Source of the DNA: Azolla caroliniana
Lineage: Eukaryota > Plantae > Polypodiophyta
Direction: 5' to 3'
Assembly (NCBI GenBank): GCA_043228905.1
Contig: JBHGNT010000003.1
Span: 3,348,001 to 3,412,000 of the forward strand
DNA: 64,000 bases
Made by a program: the position numbers and the translations under genes. Shown here one piece after another: positions 23,714 to 35,037 of the stretch. The notes under the pieces were generated by a model. It had not been told where the DNA came from, ran no database searches, and saw only the letters and a list, made by a program, of their open reading frames with translations. Positions within the stretch are counted from its first letter, which is position 1. Each line of letters begins with the position of its first letter.

Positions 23714-25885
23714 TGTCATGAACAGTACTGAGACAGAGAAGGAATTAGTACTAAACGAAGGATTAGTACTATGAGAGGTGTGGAACTTCTTAGAGAGAAG
23801 GAAGAAGTGAGCGAGACAGAGAGAAGGAGAGAGAGAGAGAGAGTGATGATAAGAAAGATATTTATTATATGAAGAGAATATACAACGGTGGCTAAAAGGC
23901 TTAAGACTGGCGTTGAACCAATTTGGTTCAACATAATGCCTAGTGCTCTCTTTTATAGTGTTTTCAGGAGTAATCCTGAAGCTTCTAGAATGTTCCAGAG
24001 AAATCTGGAATATACACTAATTTCCTATAATAAAATGTAAATGAAAATAATATCCTACGTATTACAATAGATGGTCTAATGGACAAGAGCTCGACCCATA
24101 TAACCTAAGGTCATGGGTTCGAGTCTTGCCATATCATGACACTATCCCCCCTTTAAAACGACGAGTGTCACGAGTCGTCTTGGATTGAGGACCCGGTTTG
24201 TGTGGATATTGACGATGGAAGTCTTCAAGAAGAGCACGAGCATTGGTTACATTCTCGATCGGTTCCCAAGTACGTTCGTTGGGACTATAGCCTAGCCAAT
24301 CGACTATATAGTAGAGCTTGTTGCGAATAATCTTGGAATCAAGGATGGCGGCAACCTCGTACTCCAGCCCATCTTCAAGCTCGATCGGGGGTGGAGGTTG
24401 GATAAGACGTTCTAGGATGGTGCTCTCGTGGTAGGGTTCAAAGAGAGAACTATGAAACACCGGATGTATCCGAAGTTGAGGAGGTAGATCGAGACGAAAA
24501 GCGACATCATTAATCTTTCCAATAATACGGAAAGGACCTAATCGCCGATAATCCAACTTCTCACATGGGCGAGTAGTCTTGATGTGTCGTCGTAGCAGCC
24601 ACACCCGATCTCCAATATTAAAACTAGATGGAAGTCGATGACGATCCGCGTAGACCTTGTGTGTTTGTTGAGCTTGCTGGAGATGAGTAGATAAATCCGC
24701 TTGTATCTTGCGTAACTGCTCCAAACGATCCTCCGCGCACGGATTTGTGGACACCTTTGGGGTTTCAAGTACACTCCACCGGGGGTGACATCCCGTATAA
24801 GCATAAAATGGTGTAACTTTAGTGGATGCGTGGATAGAGTTGTTATAGGCAAATTCGGCGAAGTGGAGAATATCTGCCCAGTCGTCCTGATGATAGCTGA
24901 GAAAGCACCGCAAATACTACTCCAACGTTTGATTTGTTCGTTCAGCTTGGCCGTCAGTTTGTGGGTGGTAGCCGGAAGAGAGGTTACAAGTGACCTTGAG
25001 CATGTTAAAAAGGTGCTTCCAGAATTTTGACACGAACTGGGGTCCACGGTCGCTGATGGTACTATTGGGGAGTCCATGATGCCGACATACTTCACGCATG
25101 ACAATTTCGGCAGTGTCTTCACTGGAGATCTCCTTAGTACATGGCAAGAAATGAGCCATCTTCGTATATCGATCGACCACCGTTAGAATCGCATTGAACC
25201 CCTTAGAGACTGGAAGATCTGTGATGAAGTCTAGAGCAATGGATTGCCACGGCTTGCTTGGAATTGGTAATGGTTCTAATAAACCATATGGATGATGCCT
25301 TGGCATTTTCGCTCTGCAACATGTATCACAAGTCCGAACAAAATCCTCGACAAATTGTCGCATACAGGGCCACCAGAATGATCGTTGTACTAAATGTAAT
25401 GTTTTAGTACTACCAAAATGCCCAGTTGTATATGTGTCATGACAGTTTTGTACTACTCGAAGGTGGCAAGAACCATTAGGAACATACAAAAGTTCTTTAA
25501 AGAAGAGTAATCCATCATGGTATTTGAATTGCCGATAGTCCGTACCTGGTGGTTGCGACTGTGAACACGACGCTCGAGAGGGATCAATTTGTGCTAGTAT
25601 AGCTTGGGCGAACGCATCTGTCTTCAAGTCTTCACGTATGGTATCGATAACGCGGGAATCCATAGGCATGTCAAAGATTTGTGTTGCTTGTAGCCGTGCC
25701 GGTCCCAAGATGACTTGTTTTTGGTTATCGAAAGCTGGCTCGCCGAGACGGGGTGCTAGATACGAACGCCGTGATAATGCATCTGCCTTCCCTTGATGCC
25801 TCCCCGGACGATATGTAATTTTGAAGTCGAAACGCGTGAGGAAGTGGGCCCACCAAGCTTGACGTCGATTCAACACACGAGCATC
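23714..25885 (-). mobile_element. Chromovirus D2 (D family): 3' LTR 23714-24141, chromodomain-integrase and RNase H end; 5'-truncated
   Basis: LTR is homologous to the D LTRs. PPT ~24142-24157. ORFs 24134-24913 and 24917-25876 closely match the D integrase and chromodomain. Joined directly to transposase sequence at ~25885. Confidence 0.92.
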
Positions 25886-26577
25886 TTAGATTGAATTTCA
25901 TTCTGCTACTTGAAAGTATAATTCTCTGCGAAATCTACTACTGAGACTACTACATCATTTGGGAAATCAGATATGCAAGTCTTAAACTGATGGGCCTGCC
26001 ATGAATAAATGAAGTTGTGTTTAATGAACTTTCCTAGAGATACTACAAACAGAGACACCAAATCCCTTGGTTTAAGCATCTTCCGAACTAGATCCTTTCT
26101 TTTACACACCTTTCCTTTGAAATTGGTGTTCACTAACTCAAATAACTTCACAAAGATCAATATTTCACTACTCAATTCATTTGGACACCACCTAAATCTA
26201 GTAGGGCCACAATCTTGACATAAACCCATGACACATTTATGAATATGGAAGATAGCGTCAGTTTCTCTCCGAGACAATATTGAATCTAATAAATAACTCA
26301 TGGAAGAGATAATGTGCTCAGATGATTTACACTCCTCTTGTGGGCTTGATCGATAGATTGGGCACCCACATGTGCAAACTGTATTAGTTAGGGATGCGTT
26401 ATGGTGACGTAGTAGATTAACAGAGTCCTTCAAAAAACCCATCTGTACATGGTAAATGCAACAACATGTGTATCGATCCTTTAAGCGTCTCACAAAGTAT
26501 GGCTTAAGAGACTCGAATGTTCGTAGTTGAACTTTGATATTTGGATGCATTCGTTTGAACCTAATAAATAAATCGAC
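25886..26577 (-). pseudogene. Sola2-like transposase exon (N-terminal Cys-rich region and first catalytic Asp), 3'-deleted
   Basis: AG acceptor at 26578-26579, then VDLFIRFKRMHPNIKV..KPYFV..TCCCIYH..C..C..C..VVDFAENYTFK*QNEIQS. The family assignment rests on my recollection of the DFxENY..QxEIQS motif plus GRG termini and the 4-bp TSD. Confidence 0.72.
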
Positions 26578-26594
26578 CTGCGTAATAAAGGGGA

Positions 26595-27316
26595 ATTAGT
26601 TATTCTCGTAACTAGCTACCTATCCTAGTAGCTAATTAGTTATTCTAGTAGCTAATTAGTTGTTCTAGTAGCTTATTAGCTATTATAGTAGCTAATTAGC
26701 TATCATGGTAGCTAATTAGTTGTCCTAGTAGCTAATTAGCTATCATGGTAACTAATTAGTTGTCCTAGTAGCTAATTAGCTATCATGGTAGCTAATTAGC
26801 TATTCTAGTAGCTAATTAGCTGTCATGGTAGCTAATTAGTTGTCATGGTAGCTAATTAGCTGTCCTAGTAGCTAATTAGTTGTCCTAGTAGCTAATTAGT
26901 TGTCCTAGTAGCTAATTATCTATCATGGTAGCTAATTAGCTGGTCTAGTAGCTAATTAGCTATCATGGTGGCTAATTAGTTGTCCTAGTAGCTAATTAGC
27001 TATCATGGTAGCTAATTAGCTTTCCTAGTAACTAATTAGCTATCATGGTAGCTAATTAGTTGGTCTAGTAGCTAATTAGTTGTCCCAGTAGCTAATTAGC
27101 TATCATGGTAGCTAATTAGCTTTCCTAGTAGCTAATTAGCTGGTAATAACGAAATTAGCTATCCTAGTAGCTAATTAGCTGTCCTGGTAGCTAGTTAGCT
27201 ATCATGGTAGCTAGTTAGCTATCACGGTAGCTAGTTAGCTATTTTGGTAGCTAATTATCTGGTAGTAACAAAATTAGCTATTGAGAATAGCTAATTAGCT
27301 ATCATGGTAGTAGCTA
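26595..27316. repeat. 20-bp minisatellite (~35 copies) with palindromic core TAGCTAATTAGCTA
   Basis: Unit approximately GTAGCTAATTAGYTRTCMTR. The same core sits next to both TIRs (20203-20244, 27929-27962). Confidence 0.95.
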
Positions 27317-27343
27317 TTGAGAGTAGAAGCAATCCAGGACTAG

Positions 27344-27621
27344 ACAGTAGCGGCCCCTGAGTGTAGAGTGGCACAAAGAAGAGAACCCCGTCAGATTGAA
27401 CAGCTCTTTGATGATGCTTGGAACGCACAGTAGCGGCCCCTGAGTGTAGAGTGGCACAAAGAAGAGAACCCCGTCAGATTGAACAGCTCTTTGATGATGC
27501 TTGGAACGCACAGTAGCGGCCCTTGAGTGTAGAGTGGCACAGAGAAGAGAACCCCATCAGATTGAACAGCTCTTTGATGATGCTTGGAACGCACAGTAGC
27601 GGCCCCTGAGTGTAGAGTGGC
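27344..27621. repeat. 83-bp tandem repeat, 3.3 copies
   Basis: CAGTAGCGGCCCCTGAGTGTAGAGTGGC... starts at 27345, 27428, 27511 and 27594. Confidence 0.95.
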
Positions 27622-30600
27622 GGTAGGTGGACTCAATAGGGTTTAGCAACAGTGGTAGCAACTAACCCACAATACTCAACTAGAGATGGCCTACGTGATG
27701 TGGCAAAGGATCATGCATAATGGACCTAGGAATTCGATATATAATTTATGGAACACATTTATGGTGCACATATCAATTTATGTTGCACGTTTATGTTGCA
27801 CATTTATGGCACTCATTTAAATATATAATTAAAACACTCTAGTATTTTCAATGGTAGTTTTTTGCATAGTTAATTTATTAATGATGGCTTTTTACTAAAA
27901 TGACTATTTATCAATGGTAGCTTTTTGCATAGCTAATTAGTTATGTCAAGGACATAGCTAATTGTTTCCACTCTCATGCTTTCACCCCTATGGTCTAGCA
28001 AACAGCCGACCTATGATAGGCTCCGTATATTCGGATGCGAAGCCTATGCGTTCATCCCCAAGGAGAAAAGGACGATGCTAGCACCCCATGCAACGAAGTG
28101 CATATTTCTCGGTTATGGAACTGATGGGGATTTCGACTACAGGCTATGGGACCCTGAGAACCGGAAATTGATCCGGATCAATGACATGGTCTTCAATGAA
28201 GACTCTATCTTCTCTCAAAGGAACCAATAGAAAATAGTTGGGAAGAAGGTATCCTTCGAAGATGACGGCACTGTCGTAGAAGGACCGACCCAACGGGCCG
28301 AAACAGAGAGTCAACAACAAGTTGAACTTGAACCAGCCGACGGCGTCCCAGTCGATCACGAATCGGCAACAACTCCCAACGTCGAACTCAAAGACAAAGA
28401 CATCGAAGACAAAGCTAAATCGACAAGGATCAATAAAGGCAGAGTCAACAAGAGGCATGTCAAAAAAGAGTCGACAACAACAACATGGGAGAACAACGAG
28501 ACACCGTCAAAATCCCACAATGGGGGCGGAACAACAAACAAGACTCCTGTTACAAACGGTTCAACAAATACCGATCGCCACATAGAACCGATCGAAGAAT
28601 CCGAACCAAACAATACGGCACCCAGGAGATTTGGACGAGCCCGAAGGCAAACAAAGTTTTATCAACCAGGCCTTGACTACGTCAACTACACGGATGCATG
28701 CGAACCAAGCACGTATGAAGAAGCTATGGCCGCACCGGATGCCGAAACATGGCTACAAGCCATGAGATCCGAAATGGACTCGATCCATCAGAATCAGACA
28801 TGGGAGCTGATCGAACTACCAGCAGGAAGAAAGTCGCTACCTTGCAAGTGGGTATTCCGATAAAAATATGTATCTGACTCAGAGAAACCCAAGTACAAAG
28901 CTCGGCTTGTCACAAAAGGATTTAAGCAGGAGTATGGGGTCGACTACGACGAGATCTTCTCACCAGTAGTCAAGATGACCATCCTTCAACTCCTACTAGG
29001 AGTTGTAGCGAAAGAAGACCTAGAGCTCGAATAGATGGATGTACAGACGGCATTTCTACACGGAGATCTAGAAGAAGACATTTACATGTCTCAACCGGCA
29101 GGTTTCACGATGACGAGGGAGGACAATCACCTCGTATGCAGACTGAAGAAAAGTCTACATGGCCTCAAACAAGCGCCGAGGATGTGGTACAAGAAGTTTG
29201 ACTCCTACATAAGGCAGCTTGGATACAACAGATCAAACTCCGACCCATGCATGTATGTTCGGCAACTGGCCGACAAGTCCAGGATTTATCTGATCCTATA
29301 TGTTGTCGACATGTTGATTGCAGGGAGCAATCAAGCAGAGATCGGAAAGCTCAAGCGGAGCCTTCATGAAAAATTCGCAATGAAGGAACTGGGACAAGCC
29401 CAACACATACTAGGCATGAGGATAGAGCGAAATCGGAAGACTAGGACACTCCGAGTCTCCCAGTCCGACCATATCCGCAAAGTGTTGAAGCGCTTCAACA
29501 TGGAGAATGTGAAGCCAACACAAACACTGCTTCCGACGTCGATCAGACTATCAGACAAAGACTCTCCTACTACGGACAAGGAGAAAGAGCTTAATGGGAA
29601 GATACCCTACGCATCGGCAGTAGGAAGTATCATGTACGCAATGGTGGCGACCAGACCCAACCTAGCCTATGTCGTAGGGGTGGTCAACCGGTACATGTCA
29701 AACCTAGGAAAGAAGCATTGGGAGGCCGTCAAGCACATCCTGAGGTATCTGAAAGGAACCTTGGATGCACAATTGACTTTCAGGTTGACAACCTCAACCG
29801 AAGTCGAAGGCTACACCGATTCCGACTATGCTGTTAATACAGACAATCGGAAATCGACATCAAGCTACATCTTCACCTATGGTGGTGGTGCAATATCATG
29901 GAGGTCAAAACTACAAGAGTGCACGGCTCTATCTACCACAAAAGCCGAGTACATAGCAGCTTTAGAAGCAGCGAAGGAAGCCATCTGGCTACACCGACTG
30001 ACTGCTGATTTTGGAACTACAAGCCGAACCGACCGACCAGCGTTGACCATCCATTGCGACTCACAGAGCGCAATACACCTCATCAACAATCCTGTCCATC
30101 ATGCAAAGACGAAGCATATTGAGGTGCGGTATCATCATATCTGGGAGCTCGTAACCGAGAAAAAGCTTGAAGTCCGGAAGATCGACATCGAGGTGAACAT
30201 CGTTGATTGCCTGACGAATCCACTCCCAGATCAACGCTTCGAAACACTCAGAACGAAGATGGGGCTACGACAAGCGACCGAGTAGAAGAAAGCCGAACAA
30301 GGAGCAGAAGGTAAGAAGTGATCGACAATCATACTGTACCTTTGCCAACTCGGTTGCATGCCGACAGACTTGTAAATATTAAATCTAGTTAAATTTGTAA
30401 TCTAGGTTTACGGGGGAGACAGCCCCAAACATTTGTATATGTTGAAAAGAGTAGTCCTTTTACAGGGGAGTTTGTTGGCATAAAAGGCCGACTCCTTCCA
30501 CCTTGTGTCCGTTCGAGTGTGAACTCGCTAATAAGTTAGGGCTTAGTATATAAGCGAATACCTAACATTGTAATGAGTGAAGAAGAGAAAAGTTGAATTG

Positions 30601-31127
30601 TAATCTCTGAGTGAGAGAGCACGTTGTGTAGAAATAATCGAAGCTTTCCATTGAAGCTCACATTTGTGTAAGTCTCTGCCGACTGTACATTTTCTATGTG
30701 TTGTTTGCTGTGCATAATGAATATAGATCCGAACATATACGTTTCCGCATAAGAGCGCAACATCACCAGCAACACCAGTCTACGCACTAGTTTACGCACC
30801 CATTGTTGAGTTTGTCTCTCAACAGTGTGCAAAAGGCATTTGGCCGAGTATTCCTCGACTTCGACCATTGTTGATCTTCCTCCTCTTCAACTAGTTCTTC
30901 CAATTTGCTCGGTTAAGTGGTGGGCTTCTACTGATTCGTTGATGGTGAGACCCATCGATCGTCATCGGATGTCCTCGGTCAAGACTTGTCTGATTGTTTT
31001 GTCCAAATTGACAGTCGGACGGTTGTTGGCAAATGTTGTGCAAAATATTAGCAAGCTCGAAAGGAGGGCAAGGGCCTTAACTTCTTCTTCAAAGTTAATC
31101 CTTTGGGAGGAGAGTTCAGACAACACC

Positions 31128-31583
31128 TATTATGGGCATGACCATATAATATCTCGTGGTAAGATTGTACCATAGTATTCTATACACATGGATAAAATGT
31201 GAGGGTTAAATGAGAGTGTAAAGAAGAGAGGATTACTTTTAATCCTAGGATTTGGGACAACCCATAAGGGAAAGTGTGAACTTTCCTGGGGGCCTTAGGT
31301 CTGGCTATAAATATGAGGGCTAGCTATCCTCATTTGACACATTATCGACTACGTAGAGACTTTCTCCTCATGGTGATTAAACTCTTGTAGCGAACACGCC
31401 AGTACCAGGTATGACTCAACACCACGGCGATGGTATGGGACGTCGATCAAGGCTCGAGTCCATCTCGATCCCTTTGCTCAGGGGTGGTCAGATGGATCAA
31501 CACCCTTCTTTCTCTCTCTCCTTTCTTTTCTATCTATCTATTATATCCTTATCATATGCTTACATTAGGACTAACCTCTAACA
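31128..31583 (+). mobile_element. Solo LTR (456 bp) inserted in F gag
   Basis: Ends TATTA (mutated TGTTA)...TAACA. TSD ACACC (31123-31127 / 31584-31588). TATA CTATAAATA ~31305. Inverted homolog at 59809-60278. Confidence 0.85.
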
Positions 31584-34500
31584 ACACCCGACTGAAGGTG
31601 TTGATGTGGGAGGTCATGGATCCGTCTCTCTCATCTTCATATTGAACAACTATCGGATCAATATGAGCTTTGAAGAGAGGATTTTTTCTCGTGCACGGCC
31701 TGTAACTTTGAAAAGTCGTCATCTCTTTGGCCATGCTGAAGTAGATGTTCTCGGCCAAATGCATCCAGATGGTCGACTTGGTTATCTCGTCTATAGATCG
31801 CCATTCTTTTGCAGTCATTGAAGCCCGCTTATCATTATGCCATATTGCTTCAACTTGTCACCTAATGATAAGGACATCTTGCATCATCTCCTTCCATAAA
31901 GCAAAGTTCTTTCCATTGAACTTCCAGATTTCCACATTTGTGCCAGATGTTGAAGTCATCTTTTGGAAGTGTGGTTTTGCTGGTCTAGTCTTTTCTTTTA
32001 GCTAGATAGCTTCTCTTCTCATTTTTCTATTGTTCGTTGCCACCGAACAACAAGGTCGCTCTAATACCACTTGATGGACATAGTACGAGTTGTCACAACA
32101 GAAGTCTATGAGGACCTGTAGGATTGATGTCAAGCAAATTGTTGGGGACATCGTCATCTAATGCAGAACAAGATCAACACTCTTCTAGGATAAGATTGTA
32201 AATGGATGCAAGATCATTTCTTTGATGGCAACAAAGGCAAAGAAAACAACTAGTACACAGGAGAGAGAGAGAGAGAAACAGTTAGGCACAATGCCAAAAT
32301 TATATTACAACTTAAGACAACCACACTAACTAGGTTACAAAGTCGGTTTATATACTGACTAACTTAGGGCAACTGCCCTTCTCACTATTTACATAAAATA
32401 GCCTAAGCCTAGTGTGTACAAAGGACACAGTGTGAATACGTCCATTAGAAGCCCGTATTCAACACTCCCCCGTAATGGGCGTATACATCTGAAATCTGTA
32501 AACCGAAATGAATGTACAATACAGATTGATGCAAGGTTTCCGAACAATCGAGAATTCATTCGAGTCGGTGAACTCCGAAGAGCAAAAGGCCAAATTGGCT
32601 AAGTTCGGAGAGACTGAAGCCGAAGTTCGAACTATCCAAGTGTATTATACGAGATTCAACATCCTGTGTCCGATTTAGTCAGACTAATTCTTCATTATGC
32701 CCATTCGATGCCGAAGGGATCGAAATCGATCCGCCAAGAGACACTTGGTCATTGCATCTACAATGTTATCGGTTGTAGGTACCTTCTCAAGGCCAAATTT
32801 CCTTGAAATGGCGCAGTCCCGAACAAAATGATATCGAACATCGATATGCTTGGAGGCATTGTGATGAACCAGATTTTTTGACAAAGCAACAGCACCTTGA
32901 CTATCACTTTAAACAATTGTAGTCGAGCCGATTTTGGCTTGTCGAAACGTGCAAGCGAACCGACCGAGCCATAAGGCCTCTTTTGCCGCATCGGACGCGG
33001 CTACGTATTCGGCCTCGGTCATTGATGTGGCGGTGCACTCTTGTGTTTCGATTTCCACAAGATCACTCCATTGCCAAGTTTAAAACAATATCTAGTTATC
33101 GATTTACGACTGTCTACGCAACCTGCAAAGTCTGAGTCAATGTATCCGACTACACTTGAGATGTCATTCGGGCCGAATAGAATGCCAAGGTCTTTTGTGC
33201 CCACCAGATATCTGAACACATGCTTGACTGCATTCCAATGCAATCGGCTAGGATTGTGCATAAATCTACTGACGACTCCGATGGCATGAGCGATGTCAAG
33301 CCGTGTCGCGACCATTGCGTACATCAAAGAGCCAACTGCCAGTGCATACGGTACCGACCTCATAGTTTCGACCTTGGCATTCTATTCAGCCCGAACGACA
33401 TCTCAAGCGTAGTCAGATACACTGACTCCGACTTTTGTGCCCACCAGATATCTGAACACATGCTTAACTACGTTCCAATGCAATCGGCCAGGATTGTGCA
33501 TAAATCTGTTGATGACTCCGACGGCGTGAGCGATGTCAGGCCATGTCGCGACCATTGCATACATCAGAGAGCCAACTACCGGTGCATACAATACCGACCT
33601 CATAGTTTCGCCCTCCGAACCGGATATCGGACAGTCTCGTTGAGACAGCCGAGTACTAATGGGGAGCGGGGTTGAAGCAGATTTTGTCGATTGCATGTTG
33701 AAGCGTTCTAGGACACGGTCGATGTAGTCGAATTGAGACAGAAACAATTGTCTTCGATTTAGATTCCGACTAATTTTCATACCAAGGATGTGTCGTGCCG
33801 GACCGAGGTCCTTAATGGCAAACTTCAACCGCAGTTGCCAAACAAGTTCAGTGAGTTCTACAGCATGGCGTCCGGAGATGAGCATGTCGTCCACGTAGAT
33901 GATGAGGAAGATGGGTGATCCATCCCGAGCTATTTTCATGACGAGACAGTGGTCCTCATCACTCTTTGAGAAGCCAATCGATTGAATGAAATCATCGAAC
34001 TTCTTGTGCCACTGTCGTGGCGCCTGTTTCAAGTCGTAGAGACTCTTCTGGAGTCGGCAGACTAGATGTTCTTGGTCGAATACCATGAAGCCTTTTGGTT
34101 GTTCCATATAAATTTCCTCTTCAAGATCACCATGGAGGAAGGCCATTTTGACATCTAGCTGAATTAGCTCCAAATTTTCGGCTGCCACTACGCCGAGCAT
34201 AACGCGAAGGGTGGTCATTTTCACCACTGGTGAAAAGATTTCGTCAAAGTCAACACCTTATTCCTATCAAAAGCCCTTTGCTACTAATCTGGCCTTGAAT
34301 TTCGGGGTGGTCAAATCGCACGTCTCCTTAACTCGATAGACCCACTTACATGGAAGAGCACATCGATTCTCCGGTAATTCGACCAAGTCCCAAATGTTGT
34401 TTGCACGAATGGAGTTCATTTCGGACTCTATTGCCAGATGCCAAGTGGCTGAGCCGGCTGATGTCGGTGCTTCTTCGTATGACGTCAATTCTCAGACGTC

Positions 34501-35037
34501 CATAAAGAAGATATCAGGAGAGTATCTCTCCGGGGGTTGCGACAGTCTCTCGAATCATCGAGGTATGACTGGACTAGTCGCATCGGATGTCATGGTCGGA
34601 TAGTCCAAAGCTGAGTCCTTTTGTTGTGCTGAGGCTTACCAGTGTCAGAGGGTTCAACTTCCCGTGAAGGTGAGCACGTGTTGTGAGATGGGCCTTCGTG
34701 AAGGGTTGGCACATCGGAGAAAATTACCCTTCGGACTTCGATCAGTTTTTCGACCGATTGATGCATGGCCGACTCGTTGAACACGACGTCCGAACTTCAG
34801 ACGATCTATCAATGCTTGGGGTCCCAGAGTCGGTATTCTATTTCGCCATCTGGTCCATAACCGAGGAAAATACATTTCATGGACCTTGGTGCAAGTTTGC
34901 AGCGATTATCTTTCGGGATGAGGGCGTACGCCTCGCATCCGAAAATCCTCAGTATGTCATAAATCGTCTTACTGCCGATCCATAATTCTTGAGGGTTCTG
35001 AAGTCCAAGAGGACTACCCGGCGACATGTTGATTATG

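Larger units (their letters stand above)
20173..27987 (-). mobile_element. Cut-and-paste DNA transposon, Sola2-like, carrying an accessory gene
   Basis: TIRs GGGTAAAAGCATGCGAGTGGAAACA (20173-20197) and rc of 27963-27987 match at 23/25. 4-bp TSD CTAT (20169-20172 / 27988-27991). Excision restores the copia integrase ALWSS. Transposase remnant contains the DFAENY motif. Confidence 0.85.
18900..30824 (+). mobile_element. Ty1/copia element E (protease to 3' LTR), split by the DNA transposon
   Basis: PR (VTPNKEWF..LGNG), GAG-pre-integrase and rve 19500-20170. Resumes at 27988 (LWSSKQPTYDRLRIFGC). RT/RNase H 28690-30285. PPT ACAGGGGAG, then LTR TGTTG...CAACA 30473-30824, which abuts F gag. Confidence 0.88.

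Noticed and set aside
26595-27316. Repeat-spacer appearance (constant core plus variable 6-8 nt)
   Set aside because: The variable part alternates among a few related variants, as expected for a minisatellite.
27344-27621. Possible CRISPR-like array
   Set aside because: Whole 83-bp units are near-identical, with no unique spacers. The context is eukaryotic with no cas genes.
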